A stretch of 63,144 nucleotides of DNA, filler included, from Octopus bimaculoides (Eukaryota): assembly GCF_001194135.2 (NCBI RefSeq). It is 6 parts of 6 records of this genome, joined end to end, with 100 filler letters (N's around TTAATTAATTAA, not from the genome) between each part and the next. Parts side by side here need not be neighbours in the genome. Positions count along the whole stretch, not along the records: positions 21,138 to 38,154 come from NC_068983.1; positions 38,255 to 43,180 come from NW_026378390.1; positions 43,281 to 47,142 come from NC_068985.1; positions 47,243 to 54,867 come from NC_068982.1; 2 more parts are not named here. The stretch is one strand, 5' to 3'. Positions 37,645 through 50,562 of this stretch are shown here, one piece after another. How positions within the stretch are numbered: the stretch's first letter is position 1; the number at the start of each line of letters is the position of its first letter. Below the pieces are notes generated by a model, which saw nothing but the letters and a program-made list of their open reading frames with translations, did no database searches and had not been told where the DNA came from. Made by a program: the position numbers and the translations under genes.

Positions 37645-37949
37645 GTACGCACGCACATATCTATTTTTGAGCTTTAAAGGCTTCAGAATTACGATTGAGA
37701 TGAAAATAGAGAATAAGTTCTCAGAACTTTACGTGTGATGCACGTAAAAGTGAATTAATTGTAATACAGCTCAGTAAGTGTCATTCAGGTAAAACGCCAG
37801 ACAAAAACTGAGAGCGATTCAAACAAATAAACATAATTGAAGATAATCTTGAACAAATCATTCGTAGTGGTGTAGCGGAAGCATAGAAAATAAGGATTTG
37901 TGAAGGACCAGAGCCTCATATGGACATTTCACACACACACACACATATG

Positions 37950-37981
<32 letters not shown>

Positions 37982-38011
37982 TTGTGCATGTGTGTGTGCG
38001 TGTTTATATAT

Positions 38012-38154
38012 AGGAGGGGCTGTGTGGTAAAAAGTACATGGTTCCGGGTTCAATCCCATTGCGTGGACCTTTGGGTGCCTTCTGCTATAGCCTCAGGGCG
38101 ACAAAAGTCATGTGAGTGGATTTTGTAGACGGCAACTTAAAGAAGCCCGTCATA
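38012..38154 (+). mobile_element. Family A SINE head
   Basis: aggaggggctgtgtggtaaaaagtacatggttccgggttcaatccc...aagaagcccgtc. Confidence 0.85.
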
Positions 38155-38254
38155 NNNNNNNNNNNNNNNNNNNNNNNNNNNNNNNNNNNNNNNNNNNNTT
38201 AATTAATTAANNNNNNNNNNNNNNNNNNNNNNNNNNNNNNNNNNNNNNNNNNNN

Positions 38255-38760
38255 TCTCGACTTCTCCACCTTTACCACTTCCACCTCTTCCTTGCAATTA
38301 AAAAAAATCGCTGCCACCAGCCATTCTACATTGATCTCGGGGAGTACTTTTCCTATACTTATTCTCGCTGCACATCTTCCACAGTAAGTTGGCAACAGTG
38401 CCCACTTTGTTGTCCTCAAGACCACAGTGGAGAGCTTTTTCGCATCCTCCTCGTTCTTAAATCGCACCTCCACTGTGCCGTATTTTCTACCTCTTGAATA
38501 GAAGGTCGTCATTCCCTTCACTTCACTGAGGCATTCTTCTATGTCATCCGTTGCTGCAATTTCTACCTTCTTACTTTCAACGTTTAGTGTTCTGTACACT
38601 ATCATTCTTCTTTCCGCGCGTTGCGTGTCTGCTATGGGAGGCGTCACCTTAAGGCAATCTCCTTCGTTCAACAATAATAATTAACAATTTCTTCTACAAT
38701 ATTTTACAATAATTTCAATAATTTACAAACAATTTAACTCACCACACGCAACGTTCTCTA
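38255..38760 (-). mobile_element. 5' end and ORF1 (RRM-like) of a probable L1/Tx1-type LINE, truncated by a linker gap
   Basis: Open 140-codon frame with YGTVEVRFKNEEDAKKL and LLPTYCGR..ARISIGKV.PEI..EWLVAA, the pattern expected of a LINE ORF1 RRM region (recalled, not searched). Confidence 0.55.
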
Positions 38761-39279
38761 TATCTAAACTCATAAACTCAACCCTGAAGTAGCATGGCCA
38801 GCTGGCTGAAGAAGCTTATCGAGCTCTCGCAAACATATATTATTTCAGTGAAACACATTCACTGATTACAAAAATTAGAAATAATACATTTCTAAATCTC
38901 TCAGAGAGACTTAAGCAGTAGTGATGCGATAAAGTAGTTGTATACTGTCAACTTAACGCGACAGTCCCAATAAGGGAATATACTACTGTTATTTAGCCTT
39001 ATATATATATATATATATNNNNNNNNNNNNNNNNNNNNNNNNNNNNNNNNNNNNNNNNNNNNNNNNNNNNNNNNNNNNNNNNNNNNNNNNNNNNNNNNNN
39101 NNNNNNNNNNNNNNNNNNNNNNNNNNNNNNNNNNNNNNNNNNNNNNNNNNNNNNNNNNNNNNNNNNNNNNNNNNNNNNNNNNNNNNNNNNNNNNNNNNNN
39201 NNNNNNNNNNNNNNNNNNNNNNNNNNNNNNNNNNNNNNNNNNNNNNNNNNNNNNNNNNNNNNNNTAATAATAAACTCTG

Positions 39280-41845
39280 GACACGCAAGGACATTCCCGA
39301 TGGTTTTGACGTGCCTATGAGAAGTTCCGACTCATCACGGATAGCCGACTTGGTCTGCGCATATATTCTCTATGAGATGGCAGACCAATTCCCAACCATT
39401 AGGGGCAGTCTATAGCGAGATGACTGTTTGCTCTATCTCCATAATACCACAAGCCAACAAATACAAAAAGTTAAAAATAGATTAGTCAGGTTTTTCCGTA
39501 GAATGGGTTTTGGTATCATCTTTGAGGATGAAATCTCCATAGCCAATTTCCTTGATGTTACTCTAGACTTACACACTAATACTTTTTTTCCCTAACCATA
39601 AACCCTCCACTAATCTTAAGTATATTAGCCAGTTTAGCAAACATCCCAAAACGGTAACTAGAAATTTAGTTAGGAACATATCACTTAGATTGTCAAATTT
39701 ATCTGCAAATGTAAATATTTTCAACAAAGAGGCTGACTTTTATAACTCTGCCTTACTTAAAGCAGGATATAAAGAAAAGGTCAGATACATTAATTCTACT
39801 CACGATCTTTCTACCTATGATAATAAAGATATTAAAATTGATGGTAACGATAAATACAATGATTGTCCTCATTATAACCTTGTTGACAATAACATACAGT
39901 TAAACGCTTTTTTACATTATAGGGGAGGTAACCGACAATTTAAACTCTTTTTTAATAACAATAATAATAAATTGAAGTTTTTTAGAAATAACACACATAC
40001 AAAACCCGAATCTGATAAAAATATCTGGTTCATAATTCCATTTGGAAAACAGATTAAATCCAATCTGGCTTCCCAGTTCCGAAATGCTGTTAATAAGAAT
40101 TTTCCAAGATATTCTCACTATTTCTCAGTCATAAACACGCACAAAGTTAGATTAGGATTTTCAAACACAAAAAAATATCTCGCAAATAATATCCGCACAC
40201 AATATGAGACTATTAAATTCGCACACAGGTACTGTTCCGACAATACAAACCATCACCATTATAACAATAACAACACAGATAATAACCTAAGTAACAATAA
40301 TTATAATAATAAATATAATAATAATAATTACCACAACATCATTATTTCGGAAGTTAATAGCAACAGAATTAGTTTTTCAAGTGATAATGCGAAATCCAAG
40401 AACACTGTATATCAATGTAAAGTCACCACCCCTACCGATGTATCTTTTTATATTGGATCTTCCTCCTCGCCGATTTCCAGAAGAATCTCAAATCATTATT
40501 CTACTTTTAGAGATAGAAATAAACGCAGCAACACGGGTCTTAGCAAATTAATTTCGGAACTTAAAGATAACAACATACAATTTAATTTAGACTGGTTAAT
40601 TCTCTCTACATCAATACCATACGATAAAGGTGTAATAAATCGACTGTGCGAACCAAAGGAGAATGGCGACGAGACGGAAAAGGCTCCTTTTAACCATGTC
40701 GCACGGTCGAACACAAAACAATATATATAACATAGAAGGCTCGTCGTGAGAGATACGAGCCAAGTGCCAGAAGGAATCAGAGAGTGACAAACACAACCGT
40801 TAGATATATAAAGAGAGTAAGTTTATTAACATAGTGAAACTGTAGTGTCTGTGTGTGCGCGCATGCGGCATATATAAATAACACAATACATTAGTCAGGC
40901 CTTCGTGTACAAGAGTATGTATACAACACTATGAAATGACGGACTGTCGTATAAGCAAGATTGTGTGTACAATACGTGAGAGTACAAGTGTGTATGTGAG
41001 TGAGAGGAACACAGAACATAGAAAAAGTGTCTGTAACATAGACCACAAAAGTCTTAAACACTGAGATTGAGAAAACCAGTTCGTATAAGAGTTACACAAG
41101 GAGATAGAATGTTCATACGCAGGAAGTTGTGGCCAAGAGAGCAGAGCTGTTGCATCACAATATTGTGTTGAGCGTCGATGCTGCGACCGGTTACCTGATA
41201 CGGAATATTCTCGCAGGTTAGTTCTAACTGTTGTTCGTGGTGGAAATAATCACCCATACAGTGACGAGATAAAACCGAGTTTGTTGATGTTGGTGTGTAC
41301 TCTGGTGGTGGTGTTGCTGGCGACGACATTGTGGTAGTCAGTACATTGGTGGTGAAAACTTCGTCGCTGGAACTGGCTGTAGCTGTGTTCTGTATGTGTG
41401 TGTGGTCAGCGACCAGACCTGTGAGAGATATGAAATCGAAGACGACTGGCGTCTTTGGAGCGGGGTTATTTATAGATGAAATAGGGCTCACCGGAAACGC
41501 AGAAAAACTCTCTCTCACGTGACCTTATCTGAAGGCCACGATTGGACTGTATGCAACCTGGCGCAAAGCAGAACTGGGGACAATTGCCGCGCAAATGAGA
41601 ACCAATCAGGGTGGTGGACACAAGGGTCCAAGGCAGCCGAAGGCTAGATGTTAGCAGCTTCGTTATCATTTATGTTTGAATGCCCGAGAGAGAGGTTTCA
41701 CTACAAAAGTAAGAAATTTTGCCCGTTATGTAATACGGAACTGTTCTTCATTTTATTCTCGAAGAATAAACTGGTAAATACGTTTATTGAAAGAGCATAT
41801 GGATGTAAACATTGGCAAACACATACATTTTGTTCATATAAATGA
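39280..41845 (+). mobile_element. Penelope-like element (RT C-terminus plus GIY-YIG endonuclease), interrupted by a solo LTR
   Basis: FDVPMRSSDSSRIADLV...L*RDDCL (YRDD with stop)...ANFLDVTLDL; VYQCKV...FYIGSS...RISNHYSTFR...LSKLI.ELKD..I.FNLDW.IL; resumes at 41706 with KKFCPLCNTELFFILF...CKH. Confidence 0.9.
40631..41705 (-). mobile_element. Solo LTR (1075 bp)
   Basis: Termini TGTA...TACA; flanks AAAGG/AAAGT (imperfect 5-bp TSD); splits a GIY-YIG domain. On minus: CCAAT (~41541), TATAAAT (~41470), AATAAA (~40821). Confidence 0.75.
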
Positions 41846-42653
41846 CCCCTACAAATTTATATAACTTATCTATTTATCTATTAGTTATTCACATAATTCA
41901 AGCGATACAAGTTAATTATACCTTTATATGTTATCTGAACACTTTCTAACTTTTGAATCCAAATTAGAACACCTAGCATGTCTATATAACATGAACTTAA
42001 AACATTACTTTCAATTTAACTTAACATAAACATTACTTTCACCTATGTTCAATACGTTGTGCTCCCATAACTTTATACTTTTGATTTCATTGCCCCTTCT
42101 TACTTCCATCTCCCTAGTTGCCTTTACTTTCTCCGGCAAAGATAGGGGTAATTTATCCTGTTTAGGCTATGTTATTGGCATTATTCTGCGTCTGAGAATT
42201 TAAAATGTCTTCTTTAACTTTCTAAGACATATCAAAGCTTCTGAAAGCAATCTTTGTTTGTTTACGTTTATCGTAAGATGAATTCAAAACATATAAATAT
42301 TTTCTTCTCCCTACTTTATTACGTATAAAATACTGCTCTACACAAAATAGATTCCTTCACTTTATTTTATTCACTGGTAAATCCTTCTATCAACAACTAT
42401 AGAGCGTGGATATCGAAGTAAACTTTGGTAATAATATTAACTTAGTTTAAACAAGTAATTTTTATTCCATTAATCCCTTATTTTCCCCCCTCTAATTTCC
42501 ATTTCACTTAACAACACAATCTCTCTCTTTAGATCAATAGACCATTCATCACCCTTATATATTGTCATACACTTGATCTCTTACTAGTTCATACAAGCAT
42601 CATTTTCCTATATATATGACATTGCCATTACCGTTATTACCATACGTCTATCT

Positions 42654-42684
<31 letters not shown>

Positions 42685-42984
42685 TTATATGTATTTATGT
42701 CAACACTTGTGGTTGACCGTCATTAAGACAAAAGAGCTATAAACCTCTAAGTAAGGGGAGGGGGTAAAAGTAAGGGAGTAGAGGAGTATATAGGTTCGCG
42801 TAAGCACACCAATCTGTACCTTTGCCTATATTTATATACTGAACCAGCCTCGCTTGAAACACACACATGCTCACCCACATACTCCCCCAAAACTATACAT
42901 ATATGTACACATACATATATATATACACGCATACACAACCCACACTCACACGCACTGAGTTTCAGGCACTGGGACAAAAAAAAA

Positions 42985-43180
42985 AATGACCAAATTATCC
43001 AGTCAAATATGGTCTTTAAAAGATAAAGGCGTCAGTTACAACATCCGTTGGAAGATCTTAGCCAAGTGTAAACCTTACACCAGCACCAGCAGGTCTATGT
43101 GATATAGAAAGATGGCTCATCTGGAAAGGCAGCTTAGACACCGCCACATGTCTAAATTCAAAGACTGAACTTTTTGGATC
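42985..43180 (+). mobile_element. Second Penelope-like GIY-YIG fragment
   Basis: TKLSSQIWSLKDKGVSYNIRWKILAKCKPYTSTSR followed by a frameshifted CLNSKTELFG. Confidence 0.8.
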
Positions 43181-43282
43181 NNNNNNNNNNNNNNNNNNNN
43201 NNNNNNNNNNNNNNNNNNNNNNNNTTAATTAATTAANNNNNNNNNNNNNNNNNNNNNNNNNNNNNNNNNNNNNNNNNNNNAA

Positions 43283-43326
<44 letters not shown>

Positions 43327-43728
43327 ACATATATATATGCATATATATATATTCATATATATATATATATACAGACAGACACACACACACACACACACGC
43401 ACACACACATATATATATATGGGGTTTATATATACATCTGAGAATAAGTGTATATGTGTGCTTATATAATTATTTTTTATATGTATGGTATTTATATATG
43501 TGTGCGTGTGTATGTATATATGTATGTATATATACACATACAGGTGAGTATTTGTTTATTTGTGTATGTGTGTAAGCGTAGACATGAACGAAACCCTGAT
43601 TATAATAAGGCTAACAAATTTACACGTTTTTTCACAAACACATTGAAATACAGGTTCATATTTACGCAAGTTGTTGCAAAACTCCATATATATTTTAATA
43701 CATATATTTTAAGTACATTAAAGCGCAT

Positions 43729-43870
43729 CATGGCTATGTGGTAAGAAGCTTGCTTCCCAACCACATGGTTCGGGTTTCAGTCCCACTGGACAATTGTCTT
43801 CTACAATAGCCTCGGGCCGACCAAACCTTGTGAGTGGATTTGGTAAACAAAACCTGAAAAGAAGACCCTC

Positions 43871-43875
<5 letters not shown>
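43729..43875 (+). mobile_element. Family A SINE head
   Basis: tggctatgtggtaagaagcttgcttcccaaccacatggttcgggtttcagtccc...gaagaccctcg. Confidence 0.85.
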
Positions 43876-43902
<27 letters not shown>

Positions 43903-45650
43903 NNNNNNNNNNNNNNNNNNNNNNNNNNNNNNNNNNNNNNNNNNNNNNNNNNNNNNNNNNNNNNNNNNNNNNNNNNNNNNNNNNNNNNNNNNNNNNNNNN
44001 NNNNNNNNNNNNNNNNNNNNNNNNNNNNNNNNNNNNNNNNNNNNNNNNNNNNNNNNNNNNNNNNNNNNNNNNNNNNNNNNNNNNNNNNNGGTAGATGAGT
44101 TGCGCAAAAAATTTAGATTCAGGTGAATATGGTACTTAAGTTTAGGCACCAGAATTTAGGATAGTATTATCCATACAGTTTCAAAATAAGTTGATTAAAA
44201 TCAAAAGAAGCAACAAGAATATCCAGAGGTAATGCAGTACGATCGTTTCATGCGATTCCATTTAATTGAGCAATGTAAACATTACATCAAATATAAAATG
44301 TAGAGCAATCTTCAGTTGCACAAAGACATAGAAATTTAGAAATTTAATGAAATTAAATTTGAACGAAGGACATATTTTTATAATTAAATCTAAACTCTCC
44401 AAGTAGAAAGGAGAAATAGAAAAAAAAACATTTTGACTTAGCCAGACTATACAGGCTAGTAAATAAACATTCTAAGTAGCTTTTAACTGTCACTGATTTA
44501 TTTGTTTTTTTATTCTGATTTATGGACTTATCAGACCTAGAGATTCAAAGCTTAAGAGAACAATGGCATCTTTTTCGGGTAAGGGGTAGCAGTATAGACA
44601 GTAAACACAGATGATATAGTTATAAAATTTCTTAGGGTTTGGTGACAAACTACTATAGGGGGGGGTCTCTACTGGCAGACCAGTTTATAATGAAACAGGG
44701 AAGTCTTATCATATAGCACTTAGGTCAAAGGTATACAAAAATAAAGTTGCTATATTGTATAGAGATACAGCATGTATAGAGATTCAGCGTGAAAAGTTAC
44801 ACCAATGTACCAAAACTGTGACAGCAACATAAAAGACACATTTTCCATCCCAAACTTTTTTCAATGCATTAAAATATCAACACTAAAATATAGAGACATG
44901 CGTAATTAGCTTTACGAAATTATTTGACACATCACTTGTCTTATAAGATATCCATAAGAGATAAAATTAAACTTTACTTTCATTTCAGCAAATCAGTTTG
45001 TTAAAGTTTTAGCTTTTCACAAAGAAGAATCCCAACATCTTGCCATTTTAATTTTCGCAGTTTCTTAAGGCTAATCAATTTCTGATCCGTTCTATTTTAT
45101 CAGCGTTACTAATAAATTTTCTATTGAGTTACATTTTTATCAATTTTATTCCGGAAGAAAGGCAATGCCGTTCGTAATTCAGCCGTCCTTCTCGGTTGTT
45201 GGGTGAGAGGAAGGTTCTCAAACGGGAACCCTGGTTCGAATGCTTCCAGCAGAGTGGACTCCGTTAAAGCTACTCAAGTTGGTAGGATTTAGTGCAAAAC
45301 TGACCCTTTCAAAATATTACTACACTCAGTAAAATCGGTTGTTTTCTAAAGTTGCGCGTTTCCATTTTATGACTGAAACAGAAATAAAATTTAGTTTCAC
45401 CCGAAGGAAGATTTGATTTCTGAGCATATCCTATGCTTTAGTAGAATGCCAAAAATGTTATTTGTTTCAATCACCAACAATATAGAAGCATTCTTTCGTT
45501 GAAAAATAATTTTCACTTAAAACTCAGCAAATATAAATAGTTCATCTAAAATACTTAGTCTTTACACATGAAAAACAACACTAACAGCATACCAGCCAGA
45601 CAATATGAATGTGATTGTATTTTCTTGAATATATACTTGTGTATCAGTGC

Positions 45651-45694
<44 letters not shown>

Positions 45695-47242
45695 NNNNNN
45701 NNNNNNNNNNNNNNNNNNNNNNNNNNNNNNNNNNNNNNNNNNNNNNNNNNNNNNNNNNNNNNNNNNNNNNNNNNNNNNNNNNNNNNNNNNNNNNNNNNNN
45801 NNNNNNNNNNNNNNNNNNNNNNNNNNNNNNNNNNNNNNNNNNNNNNNNNNNNNNNNNNNNNNNNNNNNNNNNNNNNNNNNNNNNNNNNNNNNNNNNNNNN
45901 NNNNNNNNNNNNNNNNNNNNNNNNNNNNNNNNNNNNNNNNNNNNNNNNNNNNNNNNNNNNNNNNNNNNNNNNNNNNNNNNNNNNNNNNNNNNNNNNNNNN
46001 NNNNNNNNNNNNNNNNNNNNNNNNNNNNNNNNNNNNNNNNNNNNNNNNNNNNNNNNNNNNNNNNNNNNNNNNNNNNNNNNNNNNNNNNNNNNNNNNNNNN
46101 NNNNNNNNNNNNNNNNNNNNNNNNNNNNNNNNNNNNNNNNNNNNNNNNNNNNNNNNNNNNNNNNNNNNNNNNNNNNNNNNNNNNNNNNNNNNNNNNNNNN
46201 NNNNNNNNNNNNNNNNNNNNNNNNNNNNNNNNNNNNNNNNNNNNNNNNNNNNNNNNNNNNNNNNNNNNNNNNNNNNNNNNNNNNNNNNNNNNNNNNNNNN
46301 NNNNNNNNNNNNNNNNNNNNNNNNNNNNNNNNNNNNNNNNNNNNNNNNNNNNNNNNNNNNNNNNNNNNNNNNNNATATATATATATATATATATATATAC
46401 ATATGTATATATATGTATATAATTGTCTACTAATCGAGTATCATTAGCTCGTTGAGTTTTGCACATAATGACTTAATATAATATCGCAATGTAATTGTGT
46501 AGGCACCATTGGTAAATCATTATATAATTCTTCAATTTATGACAAAGAACATCAGCGAAGCGCTTAGTCCCAGAGGAAACATAAACGGGGAGAGTGTAAA
46601 GCAAACGTGAAGATATTGCATTCACTTGAATAAGTGTCTCAAATTAGAGCTGCATTCGCATTATGCACACGCATACACACGCACATGCACACAAACACTC
46701 ACTCATACAAAATACATACAAACATATATATATGAATATGTATCTATATAAGCATTTATATATATATATGTATACATATAAAAACACATTTATATACGTG
46801 TGTGCGTGTATAAACACATTTATATATGCCTTCACACGTGTACATTTATAGATGTGTGTGTCCTGGTTTGTGTAAATTTAAGTATTTATGTATTATTGTA
46901 CAGTATTTACGTTTTTTATCGTCTATCAGCTTTTCTTTCAAGCCGTCTATCTCTATCCTTCTCTCACTTTCCCTATGTTTGCATATACACACATATACAG
47001 CCATACATAAATACATATATATGCATATATATATGTAACGTGAAGAGAGCACAGCATAAAGACGGAAAATCACGGTGGTGCACCAGCATGACCGCAGCCA
47101 CTTGGCTGAAACACATAAATAAAAAAAATAAATATATATATANNNNNNNNNNNNNNNNNNNNNNNNNNNNNNNNNNNNNNNNNNNNTTAATTAATTAANN
47201 NNNNNNNNNNNNNNNNNNNNNNNNNNNNNNNNNNNNNNNNNN

Positions 47243-47303
<61 letters not shown>

Positions 47304-47316
47304 TGGATATATATGC

Positions 47317-47347
<31 letters not shown>

Positions 47348-47802
47348 TATGTTGGAACATTGAACCTTAAAGGTCAGCTAAGGGTAATCACATGTGTAAC
47401 CAACCATGAAGAACAAATCAGCAATACAAAGAAATCAAATACCAAACCCTTTAAAATGGCAACCACTTTAACAGTACCAGAATCAACACCTCACTGCATC
47501 TACACATTCAAAGCAGTCTGCCAACAGCCCTTCAGCAACAAAACATCCTGATAAGTTAACTGTCTACTACTAAATTCAGGCCTTGACAGACAGACAGGAT
47601 GTCTCCTCCTTGTTTACTCCAATTTCTTTGATTACCTATTCACACATGACAGATGCCCAAATACAAACCTGGAAGTATGCATAATACTACTACTGGATAG
47701 CATAAAGTAAATCTGAAAGTGGACGAGCTCTATACTGTACTCTNNNNNNNNNNATATATAGTTATGGTATATTCTGTTAAGAATGTAGTAGAGTACAGTA
47801 TA

Positions 47803-48085
47803 TGAGGTATGATCAATAAGTATCCGGACTGTTGCCATAGTAATGAAGCTAAAGCACTCAGAGTAAAGCTGCTTGGTACAGATTGACCTTCGACTCTGCT
47901 GTGCATGTACACTAAGTTTTAATATTGTAACTCACTTCTGCTGTTTACAGCAGTTCTTGGAAGGAACGTGTGTAGTGTATGATCATTGCATTGACCATGA
48001 CAAAGTTGTCATGGCGATATCTGCTGAGAGGCTCACACAAAGTTGCAGAAAGTGTATGGAAAGCAGTGTATGAGCCTGTTCAGGC
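47803..48085 (+). mobile_element. Mariner 5' fragment (TIR and HTH start), CpG-decayed
   Basis: TA|tgaggtatgatcaataagtatccgga TIR shared with the 61758-62758 element; LQKVYGKQCMS remnant. Confidence 0.85.
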
Positions 48086-50223
48086 AGCGTTAATTTGATG
48101 GAGGGAATGAGTTAATGTAAGGCACATACATTTGATCACTATATACATTTGTGCAGGTTGTTTGGCAAAAGCTAAATGTTCATATGTTGTTTTCGATGGG
48201 AAAGTCCATCAAATATATATATACATATATATCACTGGCTCAATGGTCAATATATTCCTCCTAATATACTTACTCAGTTTCCAACTACTGCCTTATTGCT
48301 CACCTACTTATTATCTATCTCTGTCCTCTTTACTTAAATATGCTATGTGTGTGTAGGTGTGCGTGGTGCATATTTAAGTATGTAAGTACTTGAAGGTATA
48401 TATAAGCATGTATTCATTTATCTATAAGCAGATGCTCACACACACACATAGACCAATATTCACATATGCACACTTATTAGCCAACAGAAGTTTGCCTGTA
48501 TCTGTGTTCATGCATTTATACATTAGCTTATACAAAAATGAGCATGTACTTGGCAATATAGATGATATTGTGCTTAAATTTGCATATTCAAATACAAACT
48601 TCATTATGTGAACAATAGATGAAGTTTGCTAAGAATAGAAGCAAAAGGAAGTCTATACCCCCCACCACCACACACACATACGCAAACAAACACATACATA
48701 TAAATGAAACATATTGCAAACTTAATTAACTTTTGCAATTCAATTATTTAGTATTTTAATTTAATTATTTTTCTTTTCTTTTTCAGTATAACAACATAAG
48801 GATATAATTTTTATTTTGCTTATAAATTATTCAGTAATATTTTGAATTTAATTCAGAATGAAAACTGATAGGGTGTTTGGTCTGTGTGAAAGAACTTCCA
48901 TTAAGAAAATAATGTTAAACATGAATTGATAAATAGACAAAGTTATTACATTTAATTAATTTAGAAATTGCAGATGAGCAAGATGATAAAGTATCACGCA
49001 TTTATTTCAGAGTTTAAAAATATTTCTCCTATTACACCAGCACTGTATCAGTCTATTTAACTTTCAAGTGGCCAGTGGTATATTCCACCATAAGCAACAA
49101 CTGCATTAGTATTATATTGACAGCAAGTCAACAAGGAGCCTCTACTTGGTCACTTCATCTACTAGAAATAGCAGCTTTATACCCCTTTAAATGTTTAACT
49201 TAATGCTTTAGAATAGGAAGGACATTTTGATAATTTTGTTCTAAATATACTGTTTATGAAAAAGAAAAAAAAAAATTTTAAAGGCCTTTACTGGAATGCT
49301 TTTGATTATAGGTCTTCTTGTTCAAGGCAGATCTAGGACTTAGAAAGAGGAAATCAATAAAAGCACTCTCTGTTGACTTTTGTAGGTTTGCATGGAGAAA
49401 AAGTAACTAACTGCCATAGGACATATAATGGCTGTGAGGTTAATGTGTTTGATTTCAAATTATACAGAAGTTCAGATTCTACTACCATAGCTATTAGGTT
49501 GTGCCAATCAGTGGAAGTTTGCATGATTGGACATCATCATTGTTTTAATCTCCAATTTACAGGCTAGTATGAGTCAGTTGAAATTTGTTGAAGCAAATTT
49601 TCTCTGGCTGGATGTATCTTCTGTCATCTCATTAACCCTCACCTATTTTCAAGCAAGGTCATATTTCCTTTAGTCTTTCAAACATGAGCAGCACAATCGC
49701 TGGACATGATTTCACTGAAGATTGCAAACAAATGACACTATATATGACAATAACATTTCTTTACAACCTCACACAATCTTAAGACTAAAAGATACACACA
49801 CATACACACACACGCATACAGACATATCATTGTCTTTTAACATCTGACATTGATTGTATAATTTAACCGGATCCAAATGGTCTGAAGACTACATCATGCT
49901 CTAATTTTGCTTTGGCATGGTTTCTATGGCTGGATGTCACCGTGCAGACTGGGAGGCTAAGTTCCCTTTGGCTAAGTGAGTCTACAGTAGAAAAGGACAT
50001 GTTGTATTGCCCCTGGAAAATGTTTTCTCAGACAAAAACCACAACATCATGCCTTTCAATAGTGCATATATATTTAGTATGATACACAGATTACAATTTT
50101 AAACATGCATATACTTATAAAGGTGGGGAAAGAGAGAGAATTGGATGAAGATGTTGACAGAAAAGACAGGATATTTGAAAGAAAGAGAGAGAGAGAAATA
50201 TTTTTTAATGTTCAGAACCTCAC

Positions 50224-50370
50224 TTTGGAGGAAGCAATTCCTGAACTATGTTTTTTTTTGAAAATTATTGGTCCACCAAATCCTTGAGTTCCTTTCTTTG
50301 AAGTTACTTGAGTTTCAACAGAATTGTTCACATTCTGGGTACCACTTGACCATCGCCTGCCACCGAATGT
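50224..50370 (-). CDS. Internal coding exon of an unidentified minus-strand gene
   Basis: Acceptor ttgttttctttgtttag, donor GTGAGG, 147 nt phase 0/0. This frame is open (TFGGRRWSSGTQNVNNSVETQVTSKKGTQGFGGPIIFKKKHSSGIASSK); the other two frames contain stops. Confidence 0.6.
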
Positions 50371-50562
50371 CTAAACAAAGAAAACAATAGAATTGTCAAT
50401 TAAATAAAAATTACATATATATATATTTGACTTTTGCTTTGTAGCATATTTAAGAATTTATATGCTGATGTGTGTGTGTATGTGTGTATGTGTGTGTGTG
50501 TGTTTCAATTTTACAATGATGCCTGACAATGTGGTTTGGTTATTTTGCTTTATTATGTAATA

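Noticed and set aside
39690-40730. 346-aa ORF as an intact host gene
   Set aside because: Penelope RT/GIY-YIG fragment running into an inserted LTR; upstream YRDD motif carries a stop.
45190-45265. tRNA-like A/B boxes (gggtgagagg...ggttcgaatgc)
   Set aside because: No cloverleaf or anticodon arm could be folded; probably a SINE head relic.
47636-47712. Second minus-strand exon candidate (IYFMLSSSSIMHTSRFVFGHLSCVN)
   Set aside because: Splice signals are plausible but short, with competing internal sites and an uninformative peptide; not enough to call.
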